64,000 nucleotides of DNA from Sphyrna mokarran (GCA_024679065.1 JAGIQG010000020.1:17608001-17672000); one strand, 5' to 3'; positions 1 to 13,045 are shown, counted from the stretch's first letter. Notes: generated by a model from the sequence alone, not told the origin. Program-made: numbers and translations.

Positions 1-944
1 TGTATTCACACAATTTAAGCCACTAAGCTGTGATATAATTTTGATTAATCTGGCAAGACCAGTATATCTTAGTGTCTAAAATGGAGCATAGTACACAAGA
101 TGGGGACATCAGATTCATTAAAACAAGTTATTCTAATGAATGTAGATCATAGATGAGATCATGTTTGGAATACTGCATTCTCTATATCAAATGTGGTATT
201 CCAGTTGCAATAAGAACCATTAGTTTTGAGCAGAATACCAAAATGCACTTACTCAGGAGATTTTCAGGTTTTTGCTTGTCCAGGAGTTCTTTCTGTACTT
301 GCTTCACTTCCAAACAACAGCAAATTATTTAGTAATTGATTACACAGTTATCATTTGGAATCTAAATATATAAAAATAAACTCTCTTTTATTTGCTATTC
401 CATAAGGTGGCACTTGGATAAGGTGGTAAATTCAGTCACGTTGGATTGTGGGTGTTAATCTGGTGAAGATGAAACCAAGATATACACTTCTTGAGAGAGT
501 TTATTGATTTTTCAGTCTCTCTGCTCCTTCCATTCAACCCAGTGCTCCAGCTATCCCTTATTTATATGTGCTCAAAGATTCCTATTGTCTGCTTCTCTTA
601 ACCAAAACAGTGTAACTGACATGTTATCAACAAATGTTAATATAATTGACAAGACCTTATACGGGGTGGGAGAATCAAGAAGGGTCAATTCTATGCCTAC
701 TCAGGATTTAGACTAGGATTTTTCTGTCTCATTTTCTGAGTAACTCCAACTAAGTACATCAGAACTGTTTGAAGTCTTTGACTCCTAATTTAGTCAAAAA
801 TATTCATGAAGGGCCCTGGAGAAGAGGGGAATTGCCCTTCAGAAGCTTATATTTCCTGGGTAATTCCCACAGAGGTCAACACAACTTCAAAGGATCTTGA
901 GTTGTAGCCCAGTCTCTGACAATCTGGAGACGAAACAATTTGGG

Positions 945-1135
945 CCAATATTTTGAATACCTTTTGTTGACTTGATCTCTCTCTACACTTTTAGCTTTGA
1001 TTGTAACACCACATTCTGCACCCTCCTCTCCTTCTCCCCTATGTATTGTGTGTATGGAATGCCTTGTCTGTATAGCGCACAAAAAAACAATACTTTTCAC
1101 TCTATCCTAATACATATGATAATAAATCAAATCAG
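945..1135 (+). mobile_element. Rex1/Babar-like LINE 3' tail in MED13L intron
   Basis: Matches tails at 35330-35490 and 50390-50550 (aatacttttcact..ta..at.a.aataaatcaaatc). Confidence 0.7.
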
Positions 1136-1434
1136 TTTGTCAATGTTTTGTATAAATACGTGTTTGAACTGCACCTGCTCATGAGCAAGTAAATGTTAGC
1201 CATTTGTAAAAAATCATTCATTTCATCTTTGGAACAAACTATTTCTGAATAACAGGAGATTAATTTCCTTTTTGCTTCTCTTTTCCACAATTCCCTTGCA
1301 GTATAACCCCATCCAGTGCAGTAATTAGTACAGGAATTGCTAAAACATTTAGCAAAATGATTGATAAGTAAATAAAATATTCTGATCAACGTTATCATAG
1401 AAGTTATATTTTTCTATTATTTATTTGCTTTTAG

Positions 1435-1608
1435 GGTCAAGGAGGTGAGAGGCTCCTCTCCACGGAAGCTCACGAGGAAGTGGCAAATGTACTGCAGCAA
1501 CCGCTTGCTCTTGGGTATTTTGTTTCAACTGCCAAAGCTGAGAATCTTCCTCAGTGGTTTTGGTCTGCCTGCCCCCATGCCCAAAATCAATGCCCATTGT
1601 TTCTCAAG
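1435..1608 (+). CDS. MED13L: Mediator complex subunit 13-like, third-to-last coding exon ([58 protein letters not shown])
   Basis: Acceptor tgcttttAG (1433-1434), donor GTgag (1609); 174 nt open frame; [30 protein letters not shown] is the MED13-family C-terminus; AENLPQW is the MED13L state as recalled. Confidence 0.93.
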
Positions 1609-2148
1609 GTGAGCTCTGGTCCTTCAAATACAGGTCCATAATCATTATTTGGAGTACTTGTTTTATCCTTAAAGTCTGCCTCAGAGCAAAATGGAATCTT
1701 AAAACATGCAAATAGATGTGGCTGTTTGAATGCAGGCAGATCTGGTATGGAGAATATTTATACACTCCCATGTACTCTGCTCTTGTCCACCTCTGCTGAC
1801 CAGCTTCTGCAGTGATACTTAACCTACAACAGATATAAAATTGAATGAGGAGGTGATCATTGAGTGGCACCTCATCTGTTCCTGGTCATTAGTAGGAACA
1901 TTGAAGATGTTCTCTCCATCCATGTTCTTCAGACTAAAGAAATACTGAGCTGACATAGATTGAGAACTAACTGAAAGATGACTTGAACCTTTCACTATGT
2001 GAAACTTCCATAGTAAATAGTGTCCCATAACAGAATAAAATCTAGTTGAATTGGAAATAATTACAGTTGATGTTCATTGCTTCATTAAGTATTTACTGTT
2101 GCTGTGCTGAATTTGTCTACAACATTACTGTATTCTTTCTCTTTGTAG

Positions 2149-2255
2149 GCCTCTCTACATCACCACGTCTCCCTGGCACAATCTGATGAGCTTCTTCCTG
2201 GCAAGCACTCTCATCCTCACCCTCTGGATTCCAACAGAACTTCAGATGTTTTGAG
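2149..2255 (+). CDS. MED13L: MED13L penultimate coding exon ([36 protein letters not shown])
   Basis: Pyrimidine tract + AG at 2147-2148, GT at 2256; in frame with the previous exon; HPLDS..TSDVLR motif. Confidence 0.93.
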
Positions 2256-2355
2256 GTCTGTGGTGGTATCCGTCTTTTACTCTTTAATTAAACTCTTCAG
2301 AAAGATTTTGCTCTTTGATCGCTAAAAACTAACGTATTGGTTCTTCCTTTTCCAG

Positions 2356-2488
2356 GTTTGTACTGGAGCAGTATAATGCCTTATCATGGCTCAACTGTAA
2401 CCCTGCCACACAAGATCGCCAGTCCTGTCTACCCGTCCACTTTGTGGTGCTTACTCAAATGTACAATGCCATTATGAATTTACTTTGA
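2356..2488 (+). CDS. MED13L: MED13L last coding exon ([43 protein letters not shown])
   Basis: 100-nt phase-2 intron 2256-2355 ending ttttccAG; characteristic terminal peptide; TGA at 2486-2488. Confidence 0.95.
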
Positions 2489-5400
2489 AACTAGGAGTCG
2501 TGTTATACACAGACCTAATCCATTTCCTGACCAAGAACATGATGCATCATCAGCTATTTATCAATGATTTGAAGATCTTGTAAGGGAAAATGTCAAAATT
2601 TGAGCAAGTATCATTTTGAAGAGAATTGAATTCACTCCATGTCCTAATTTTTTTCAAATGTCTGAGCGTTAACCTGCAGCGAACCTTACTTGGATATTGG
2701 TGCATCAGCGGCGTACATTGTTAACCTCTTCCACATCAGTAACTTTTTTGGAAATTTTATGTTACAGCTTCTGAAACTATACTTGTCATCATTGCTACAA
2801 CACAGAATTTATTTTTCATGATAAATTGTACATTCTTTAAAAAAACACAGTATTGTGAAATCGAGGAAAATATAGTGGAGAATATCAACTAGCTAGTGCT
2901 TGTAAATGATATTTTATTGTGCATTTGAGTCACCTTTGGTGGCTTCCTTTGTATTGTAGATATAAACCAGATATATCAAAAACAGTTTGTATCTATTGTG
3001 TACAGTGTAAAATTGACAAATTGCAGTACTATTTTTTCTTAATCAGAAAAATTTCACAAGGCCTTTTGAAGAGGAAAATCAAGATTGTAAAATTGTATAA
3101 AAAGTTAACTTGGTGAGAATTGTAAGTAGAAGTTTGTAATTTTTCCATTTTATTGTCATTCTCCCTCCCAAAATTCATCAGACTGTGGATGAAAATGGGT
3201 TGTTTCGATTTCAAGACCATTTTTATCTAGGACTTGACTGATGAAGATAAATACTCATCTTCATATTTTTGGAGGTGCAGACTCAGACCTCTTGTCATTT
3301 TATTTAAGTTTTAAGTTAAAAGATTCTGGTGAAGTAATATTTATAGGTTTTTGTGCAAAAAATAAATAAATGGCAATAGATAAAATCCTATATTATGTAC
3401 TTCAATGTGAGAAAGTTGTATGTATATTTCTCATGGATATGCATATTTTAGTTGTGGATTTTTAAAAAGTTTGAGCATACAAGCCCCAGTTGAACAACAG
3501 AATCCATTTCCAGAAGATTTTAGTTTTCTTCTGGTAGAAAACATTCAAGGTTCAGAGATGGCTTACCAGTTTGTCTTCTGATAACCTGGTTTTGCTAGCA
3601 TGCTTGTATGTATATTTCAGAGCATTTTTAAATGTAAAAGCTGTACATTTCACGCCAATATGAAGTTTTTTCTTCTGAGCATTTTGCTGTGGGCTTCTTT
3701 TATATAAAATAAAATAAGTGAAGTTCATTTTAATTCTGTATTGCTGAAACAAATACACTAAAAGCGAGTTTGATAAACCTGCAGGCATTTTAATGTCATT
3801 CATATATCTTGTGGATGAGAGCTATACTTTTACACACTTTTTTAGATTAATAAATTATTAAATTATCGAAATACAATCTCCGGGTACATTTCCTTATAGT
3901 AAGTTTAGTAGCAAGTCACAGTAAGGAATGCATGACTCGAGCAGAGATTTTGTGAAGATTGGAAACTTCATTTTGTTCTGTAAGTTAAAGCGCTGGCAGG
4001 AAACAACAAAGAAAATTGTTTTTGACTTTTGTGCCCTGAGGGGTTTCGTTTTCCAGGATGTAGTTGATACCCTTGTGCTCAGCAGAGGAACATTTTTATG
4101 AATAGATTGCTCTCCTAATTTTTAACCAATTATGTGGTTCTATTCAAAAGCTTGTAAGAGAGTGAAAATCATTTTTTTAATAAATCATCACTTTAGTTAA
4201 TTGAGCCTGTAAACTCGAAGCTTTAGGATTCGTAGGGAAATGCATTGTTCATGGCAACACCAGCCTTTGTATCTTTATTCATTCCTCCCCTACACACATT
4301 TGGTGCAGTTTCACATGTTTCAGTAGAATGACTAAAATGTGATTCTACATTTTCTATATACCCCAGGGCTGATGATTTTCACTCATGGGTGGAAAAATGC
4401 CAGAGGGTAAATTTCACAGCTGAAGAACTGTAACATTTTTTTTCGTGAAGCACATTCCTGAATTGGCAGATCCAGGGGTGTTTTCATTAGCAAGTCTATT
4501 GGGCTGTGAACACAGGAATAATAATATATCCCATGAGAAAAGTGCATCTGAAACAAGAATGCCATCATAGAATATTTTTTCGCTCCTAATTAAGCTGGAG
4601 TTTTCTATGCTGATTGTCATCATGAACTGTGTTGAAAGGAAAGGGGGAAGAAATGAAGCCTGCAAAAATAAATATTCATACACTTACTGCAGCAGCAGAC
4701 CGTATATTGTTTCTTGTAAAACAAAGGATGAAAATGATCTTGCCAGTGCAATTAACTTTTGCTACAGGTAGGCAAAAGAATCTTTAATTTCTGAATTTAT
4801 TTTTGCTGTGTTGATGAATGAGACCATCAGTTTACTTTTGTTATTTAGTTCTTGATATCAGTGCTGTGTATACAAAATGGAAGAACTATGAGATAACACA
4901 TCTGGTAATCTCCCAGTGGCTGCTGTAGCATTTCTGTGTGTATCCTAAATTTCTGCTTATCTACCAGGGTTACAGCAGCAGAGCAGAAGAGAGGTACAAG
5001 AATTCCTGGTACACTAGTACTTGGGATGAAAGGGTGTATGAACCATTTGCCCATAGTGACTCTTGAAGGTTCTGTTGGTAGATGTAGATGTGTTGGTTCA
5101 AACAAATATGTATCTTTTGGTAGTTCAAATGTTAAAGACAGTATAATTTTTGATATAGTTAAATGGAAAAAAAGCAAATTCTCTGCAAATTTCACAACTG
5201 GCGCTCTCAGTTAATGACTTATAATGTGTGTGTGTGTGTGCGCATAGTTCTAAAACATTTAATATCAGTTGTTTATCTTATTGGAAATGGTGGATACATG
5301 TTTAAATTTGCAACAGAGAAACAGACCATTCAATCCAACCAGTCTGTGCCAGTGTTTATGTTCCCCTCTTTGTCATATAATCCTATCAGTTTAATCTTCT

Positions 5401-5610
5401 TTGTTGCTGCTTCATATACGCCTCTAGCTTCCCCTTAAATATCTTTGCTGTTCACCTATAGGTGTTTATCTTTCAATGAATCATTTATTAAGAGAAATTG
5501 AGAACAAAAAGTTTCAAATATGATGAAAATGGGAGAAAACTGATAAATCAATGAGTAAAGTATTCTATAATAGGTAATGTAACTAAGTGCTTTCTAAAAT
5601 AAATTAAAAT
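2489..5610 (+). other. MED13L: MED13L 3' UTR (end uncertain, may reach ~6.5 kb)
   Basis: AU-rich, almost TE-free sequence after the stop; AATAAA at 3361, 3708, 4179, 4667, 5598. Confidence 0.6.
4667..4717 (+). terminator. Candidate polyadenylation site
   Basis: AATAAA 4667-4672, CA at ~4679-4682, GU/U-rich ttgtttcttgt at ~4707-4717. Confidence 0.4.
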
Positions 5611-7199
5611 TTAATTAGTGCTACACAGTTTGTAGATTTTGAATGATTGGTGGTTAATATGTCAGTATAATCAGCAAATTTTTGCTTTAACTTTTCTGCA
5701 TCTATCTGTATCCAGTATGTTTAATGCTAGATTGTACACCCAGCAGGAAGTTGATCAAGCATTTTTCTATCAATATATTCCAGAATCATAAATTCAGCAC
5801 AGCAAAATGAGAAATTGTTGGAAGGAAATGTAACATTGACCCTGCAGTAATGTCATCTGCATCAGAAAATCTGCCCAGATTAAACTGGACAAACTTTTAA
5901 AAGCTATAGAGACAAAAGTAAAACTTAATGTCGCCAGGGGAAACATTACAGCAAGTTGCATTCGTAACAGATCAAGAATCTCACCAGATTAAAACTAAAA
6001 AGTTGCAAGAGGCCTTTAAAGAAATTCAGCTGTCAAAGCCAGTGTTGGAAATGATGGCAGCTTGGAAAATTTCTCTAATGAACATTTTGAGGTTCGTTGA
6101 CCTTCTGTTGAGAACAAAGATATCAAACTTGATTCCCACTTTGAAAAACTCCCAATCTACTGACCCAAATTACTAGAGCATTTGTCTAGAAATTTTAAAG
6201 ATGTGTTGCTCTTTCGTACCTAATTGTCAAGACCTTTTACAGTCGTTACAAAAGCTTAGATTTCTGATTAAAGTATTTGTTCCACAAGTAGAGGATGAAG
6301 AGTAATTGTATCTCTTTAATGCAAAAGTCTAAAACAATCATAATATTCTGACAGCAGTCAAAAATTGCACAATTGTGTACTGTGCAAAATGTTTTCTTTT
6401 AAAAAAAAAAAAATTTGGTTTGGTGTGAGAAGTGTACAAAATGAATAGGAGAGTCTTAGTTGTCTTTTCATTGAGTCTTTGAGGCCTATGGACTTGAAGG
6501 AATGATTCCTGCATTGATTCAGTCTTTACTTGAGTCTTACTGAAGAAGATAACTTGTCCATTTACTTATGGTTCCTCATGAGTTGGGGTAGTGTAGGAAA
6601 ACATCCTAAGTTCTCTTCTGGAACTTGGATCGTGCTGACAGCAGCATAGATGCCCAATAGCTCTGTTTTGATAGTTCAGATAATGACACAAACATCACGT
6701 GAAGTTCGACAGATTAGTTATATGTGAATATCAAAGCTATCCAAACAGAAGACTCTTTTGAAGCAGATTGCACTCAACTAAATATGGGGAAATTGCAAGA
6801 ATAAGCATGTCTCTACTTGAATTGATGAGGAGATGGAACAGAGTAGGGATAAAAGATATGGACTCAAATGAACTAATGCAGCTGATGAAACACGAACCAT
6901 TCTTCAGCCATCTTCTGGGATCTGCTGAGTTGTCATCTTTTCAGAATATTTCTAAAATAGCTTGGAAGAAAGCAGGGAGAGCTACGTATTTGAGTTTACT
7001 GATGATGTTAAGTGGCACAGTAAAGAAGCAGATGGTGACAGAAAATAGTGAAGTAACATTAATAGCTTAAGTGAGTCATTATCACCCTGGTGTATGGAGT
7101 TAAATTGAGATAATTGGAAGTATTTAATGTGAAGAAGTAGGAACTGTGAAGGTACAGACAGATTGGGGGGTCAAATTGAAGAAATCACCTAAAGTTTCG

Positions 7200-7645
7200 T
7201 GACAGGAGCAAAAGAAATAGTGAATGGCAGTATTCTATTATCCAAGGATGCTTCAATACAAAATTTTGGGAGTATGTTAATTATTTGAAGTTCTGCTATT
7301 TATGTTCAGTTCTGAACACTACCTCAAGGAGGACATGATAGCCTTGGAAGAGGTGAAGTGCTGATTCACCAGAGTGTTATCAAGACTGAAAGGATTTAAG
7401 GACACATTGCGTCGACAAGGCAAGTAATCACTTGAGTATCCCAAGTCATGGTATAGACTTTAAAGAATTATATAGATTCAATGGAGACGATGCATTTTCT
7501 CTGAGGAGTACAAAAAGGGGCATACTTTTAAAATTAAAGCTAAACTATTTAGGGGCTATATCAGTAAGCAGTTCTGTGCACACAATATAATTCCCCAAAA
7601 AGTTGTCTCAACTGGTCAGTTGAAAATTTAAAAATAGAGATTGAT
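7200..7645 (+). mobile_element. Old decayed CR1 LINE fragment
   Basis: Residual similarity (gttcagttctg..cac.acctcaaggagga..gccttggaagaggtg) to CR1 at 8629-9279. Confidence 0.6.
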
Positions 7646-7766
7646 GCGGGATTTCTACCAACCCACCCACCATGGAATTGGAGTAGACAAGGGACAGACA
7701 GTGGATGTTTGCTGATCTTGGGCAGGGTTTTCCGGTCTTGGGTCAAGCAAGGCTATAAAATCCACC
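7646..7766 (-). mobile_element. ~130-bp MITE-like interspersed element, copy 1
   Basis: Imperfect inverted ends ggattt...aaatcc; reverse-complement similarity to 32197-32331 and 60324-60972. Confidence 0.5.
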
Positions 7767-8334
7767 ATGAAATTTTTCTGTGAGACAAAGATGTTGACAC
7801 CGACAAACCAAGTGGGATTAAGGCCATAACTAATTTGGATAATGGATTAGGCTTGAGCTGAATGTCCTCCTTATTGCTATGTTGAACTTCAGCTAGAGAT
7901 TCCATCAATCTGTTCATAATTAAGGATACTGGAAACGTCCTGTCCATGCAGAAAGTAAATGTGGATGCCATAAACAAAAACTTTTTTTCATTTTGGAATG
8001 AAAGGTTCATTGTTTGTCCATCATCGATGAGGATCTTGACACCATTAGTCATTTTGAGGCTGGGTGCCTGTCTGTCCGAACATGACTGATCGGGCCAATT
8101 TGGGCACGAAATGTCCTGGCACATATTGGACAGACATGCGCAGGTGCAGTACTGTTTGTCGGTGCGGGGATTTCCGGGTTTGTGAATAACGGTAAGGAAT
8201 TAACGGCCGAAAAGAAGTTTCAACTTCAACATTCAGCTTCAGGATTAAAATGGTGATTTACTGTGTAAATACAGTGTGTCTCTGTATAATATTAACAGAG
8301 CTGGGTGGGGGGGATGGTCAGTTAGACTGTGAGG

Positions 8335-8610
8335 CGGCTCGGTGGGGGCTCAGTGGTCGGTGCTGCGGCTTCACAGGGTCAGAGAGACCCCGGGTTTGGG
8401 ATCAGTGTCTGGGCGGAGTCTGATGCTCCTGTGTTTGTGGTGGGCTTGCTTCAGTTTCTCCAAACACCAGCAGCACAGAGACTCCGGATCATGGTCAGTC
8501 AAAAGGGAATTAGCAGGATGACTGGGATAGGGTCTGGCCGATGGACTGAATGGCCACTGGGATAGGGTCTGGCCGATGGACTGAATGGCCACTGGGATAG
8601 GGTCGGGTCA
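8335..8610 (+). mobile_element. Degenerate V-SINE/HE1-like SINE with internal 35-bp tandem duplication
   Basis: tRNA-like head; exact 35-bp unit at 8521-8555 and 8556-8590, partial third copy to 8604. Confidence 0.7.
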
Positions 8611-8628
8611 ATCACTCTGGAATAGGCA

Positions 8629-9279
8629 GTCAGGTCGAGAAGGTTGTTAGGAAGGCATATGGAGTCTTGGCTTTTATTGGTAGAGGGATTGAATTTCGGA
8701 GCCGCAACGTCATGTTGCAACTGTACAAAACTCTAGTGCGGCCGCACTTGGAGTATTGTGTGCAGTTCTGGTCCCCACATTATAAGAAAGATGTGGAGGC
8801 ATTGGAGAGGGTACAGAGGAGGTTTACCAGGATGTTGCCTGGTATGGAGGGCAGGTCTTATGAGGAGAGGCTGAGGGATTTGAGGTTGTTTTCGTTAGAA
8901 AGGAGGAGGCTAAGAGGGGACCTGATCGAAACATATAAGATGATTAGAGGTTTAGATAGGGTGGACAGTGATAGCCTTTTTCCTAGGATGGAGAAAGCTA
9001 GCACGAGGGGACACAGCTTTAAATTAAGGGGTGATAGTTATAGGACGGATATCAGAGGCAGGTTCTTTACCCAAAGGGTGGTTCGGGAGTGGAATGCCCT
9101 GCCTGCAGCAGTTGTAGATGCGCCAAGTTTGGTGGCGTTTAAGAGGTTAGTTGATAAGTATATGGAAGAGAAGGGAATGGTTTAGTTTGGAGGGGCATTG
9201 CTTTTTATATTGGTCGGTGCAACATCGAAGGCCGAAGGGCCTGTTCTGTGCTGTAATGTTCTATGTTCTATGTTCTATG
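8629..9279 (+). mobile_element. Young 5'-truncated CR1 LINE (ORF2 C-terminus + 3' UTR)
   Basis: Intact ORF 8667-9185 (LYKTLVRPHLEYCVQFWSP..LERVQRRFTRM..FFTQRVV.EWNALP), GGCCGAAGGGCC stem-loop, (TTCTATG)n tail, TAGGCA at 8623-8628 and 9280-9285. Confidence 0.95.
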
Positions 9280-9285
9280 TAGGCA

Positions 9286-10450
9286 CTGTAGTTTGTTGCG
9301 CCAGGGCTCTGGACTTGGGCAGCTCATGCTTAAGTTGTGCTTCAGCAATACACCTTGCTTCGTAAGCTTGACAGCTTTTGTGGATGAGACAGCGCCAGGT
9401 AGGGTGGTTTTGTGCCAGCGTTTCCCAGCTGATCGAGTCTATGTCAAGCAACTTCAGGGAGGCCTTGAGTGTGTCCGAAACATTTCTTCTGCCCTCCATG
9501 TGAGCGTCTTCCAGCAGCGAGTTCCTCAAAAAGGAGCTGATTAGGTATCTGGCATATGGGTGTAGTGAAGCAGGCAATGTTGAGGTCATCTTTTCTAGCC
9601 CCTTCCTCATTCTATGGAGGTCAGCAGTGCATTCCTGAAGAGGAACATTCCTCAGTCGCTCAGGTAGACGCCAAGTTTCATTGCTGCTTCGGTCAGTGGA
9701 AAATGACCGTTAGACCTGAGCCGCCAGTGTGCAGGTCTGTAACTACAGCTCCCAGTGTATCCACACCTGCTGCTTCATCATTCACCCATCGCCACAGGAC
9801 ACTGATGATGAGATGGTGCCGAGAGAAGTGCTTGATTTGGATTAAAGTGAGAGAGAGTTGCACAGCGTCAGCCTCATTCTCTCTTCCCAATTCCCATCAA
9901 GATCCAATGGCAAGATGAGTCAAGGTGGCTGGAGATGGGACTCGGCGAAGTGGATGACAGGACACCTGTGTCTTGTCCTGCTCTTCGCGTTCCATGGCGT
10001 TTACAGAGACCACTTTCTTGATTGTTGGACCTTCCGTTGATCTTCTCAATCCGCCAGAGTCTGTCTTCACGTGCTGGGATAGACATCTCTCTATCTCACC
10101 AAGGGTTGAGACCTGTCGGCGACTCCACTTGGTTTAGCCGGCTTGTTGAAATCGTTGCCCAGGGTGTGGCCGCTGTTGCGTGCAAATAGCTACAGGGAGC
10201 CACAGGTGAGAGCTGAGTGCCAGGTGGAGACAAAGGGTGAACAAACTGCCCTGAAAAGGACAACATGTTCCCCCATCACAGGTACTACCCCTCCTTGACA
10301 TCCCATGCATGCTTGGAATGAAAGGTAAGAACAGTCTTAATCCATTATCCAAGTTGAATGAACCTGGACAAAGTGTAATTTCACAGTCTTGATTTCCTCC
10401 TGTGCAAGACTGCCCACACAACAAAGATCTTAGGGTGTCATTTATAACTC
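9286..10450 (-). mobile_element. RTE-clade LINE remnant, internally deleted
   Basis: Minus ORF 9275-9610 has DTLKASLK..DID..SWETLAQ....WR, typical of RTE ORF C-termini; upstream part looks like 5' UTR-type sequence. Confidence 0.7.
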
Positions 10451-11424
10451 CCACTTGGTTGGTTCCTTACAGGTATCAATGAAGAAGGAATACAGCCAAC
10501 AAGTGGTTAAATTTTACACTGCAGACAGCCTATAGCTAAATAAGTTTGTATGCAACAATCTCGCAGATGCACATTTTAATGGCAGAAATTCTAATATGAC
10601 TTGGTTTCTTATCAATGTTTCACATAGTGCACAAACTGAGAGAAAGAGGTTCAAGTCATGTGTCCAGCATTTTTAAGGAACGATCTGGAATATTAATCTT
10701 CCTGGGTTACGTTTCCAGATGGTGTACGATTGCTGAGCTGGACAAATCATTAACAATTTGGAGTATTTTGGTTTTGTGCTAAGAAATAAACATTAATAGG
10801 TGAGAAAAATCAACAAAGAGAAAGACAACATGAGCTATAATATGCTTATCAGAAAGCCAAAAGTGGACCTTCACCTAGCGTTCCTGCTCTGGGAAGGATT
10901 TAATCATGCTTTTAGTGGTTTTTAAATCTAATTTGGTGATTGACCTGTTAATAAAGAAACTCTATATAAGGCAATGAGTCACAGGTAAGGGGTGACTTTT
11001 ATTGTTTCAGAATGGAACATCAAGCGGAACATTGAAATTGCCTACTGCTAATCGAATACTATTACTGCACTATGTAGGTGGTTTCTCTCATTCAAAGGTA
11101 AATATTTTGTATCACAGTTTTAGTCTCATTTGGATATAAGGCAGTGCCTCAATTCAATGAGAGGAGCTCAATCTACAAGGACCTTTTTTGACAGGAGTCA
11201 AACTTGACTCATTTAACAAATGGAAGCAATTTGAGTTGCAATGCTGAAATTTAAAAATCAAAGCTCTGAATCACATCAGACTTGTACATTCCAAACGTAA
11301 GCCAGACACTAATAAGCTATGTGGAATAACTTTCTTAGTGAGAAATGCCCCCATTAGGAATATATACAGATTTACATAAAAGTCTTGGGATCCAACATAT
11401 GGGGCCCATTTGAAACTATTATAA

Positions 11425-11880
11425 AGTCATAGAGGTTTACAGCATGGAAACAGGCCCTTCAGTCCATGCTGTCCAGCTTTTAACATTGAGGTAGACCCAA
11501 TTGCCTGCATTTGGCCCATATCCCAATCTTATCATGTAACTGTTTAAATGCCTTTTAAAAGACAAAATTGTACTTACATCTATTGCTACCTCTGGCAACT
11601 TGTTCCAGGCACTCTGTGAAAAAATTGCCCGCCTGGACCCTTTTGCACCTCTTCCTGCTCACCTTAAACCTTTGCCCTCTAGTTTTAGACCTCCCTACTG
11701 TTGGGAAAAGATGTGGCCTATCTACCTTATCTATGCCCTTCATTATTTTACAAACTGCTATACGATCACCCCTAAGCTCCAGGGGAAAAAAAATCACAGT
11801 CTACCCAGCCTCTCATAACTCAAACCATCAAGTCACAGTAATGTCCTAGTAAATCTTTTCTGAATTCTTCTTAGTTTAGT
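11425..11880 (-). mobile_element. CR1 LINE 3' fragment
   Basis: ORF 11555-11797 LRGD.I.V.KIMKGIDKVD...LFP....SKTRG..FKV; CR1-type tail. Confidence 0.85.
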
Positions 11881-12774
11881 ATTCAAACGAAAGCTGTGCT
11901 GAAAACTACTGCATGATTAGGAAAGGTCATTGAGCTATGTCCCTCGTAGTGAACTTGGATAAAAGCCAAGAAAAGAATAATACTTCACCTCTGCTGAATG
12001 TTCTGGGATGCAAATTATACTTTATCTTTCTTGTCTCCTCAAATAGCAGATTTTGAACACAGATTCCACATCGTGGAGTTCATGCTTTTATGAATTTCAC
12101 AGAAGTAGCTTTGATTCAACAATCTCTGACATGTAGTGAACGGAATAAAGGCAATACTTTCAAAGTCATTTCAGCAAACTGGGAACAGGCTGCATAATGT
12201 ATAAAATTAATTCTCTTCCAAGAAGTTTGATCAAGTTAATTTCTGCATCTTAGGCTAGTTTTACATCTTTACAATTTACAGAACTTTTGCTGTTGCAAGT
12301 GCAGTTATTTTGTTTGAGCTCTCATGGAAAAAAAATCTTACTCTGACCCTTTAAAATGTACTAGAATCTGAACACTAACCCTTATGTGGAAAAGGACAAA
12401 AGGAAAGTGGAGATTTTATGGCTTGTTGCTTGCCAAAACACAAACTTTTAAAACAGTCTGCTCCATTAGCTTCTGGCTTTTTTTTGATTTTTCTCTAACT
12501 ATGTCTACAGGTTTGACTAAGTACAAAGCACAGATACAGCTAACAGTAATACATAATCAAGCACTAAATAATTGAACGCACTATTCCCTCCTTGTAAAAT
12601 TGAAGGGCCTCATTATTAAGGAATCCATCCCAAACAACAAATACATATGCATCAAATCCTTTCTTCGATAAAACCACTCAGAATACAAAATACTCTGAGA
12701 TTTCTCGGTCGCTAACAGCTCTGCAATCTGAATTTGAGGTTGTGATTCCGCATGGTCACCTCAGTGAAGCAGAT

Positions 12775-13045
12775 AAGCGGCAGAGTGGTTAATGCTGCTG
12801 CCTTGGCTTTAGGACCCAGGTTTGATTCCTGGCCTGAGTCACCATCTTTGCGGAGTCTATATGTTCTCCTCTTTTCCGCATGGGTTTCCTCCCACAATTC
12901 GAAAGACATGCTGGCTAGATGCATTGGTCATGCTAAATTCTCCCTTAGTGTACCCAAACAGGTGCCAGCGTGTGGCAACTAGGGGAATTCCACAGTAACT
13001 TCATTGTAGTATTAATGTAAGCCTACTTGTGACTAATAACAAATA
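12775..13045 (+). mobile_element. V-SINE/HE1-like SINE, tail type B
   Basis: A/B-box head, gggtttcctcccaca core, tail cacagtaacttcattg..gtaagcctacttgtgactaataa. Confidence 0.85.

Noticed and set aside
5928-7070. ORFs 5928-6176 and 6768-7070 as a downstream gene
   Set aside because: Short, no recognisable domain, no convincing exon structure; lie in or just after the 3' UTR
8521-8604. 35-bp repeats as a CRISPR-like array
   Set aside because: Contiguous tandem units without spacers inside a SINE; eukaryotic DNA
8667-9185. 172-aa ORF as a host gene
   Set aside because: CR1 ORF2 C-terminus, 5'-truncated, three copies in the window
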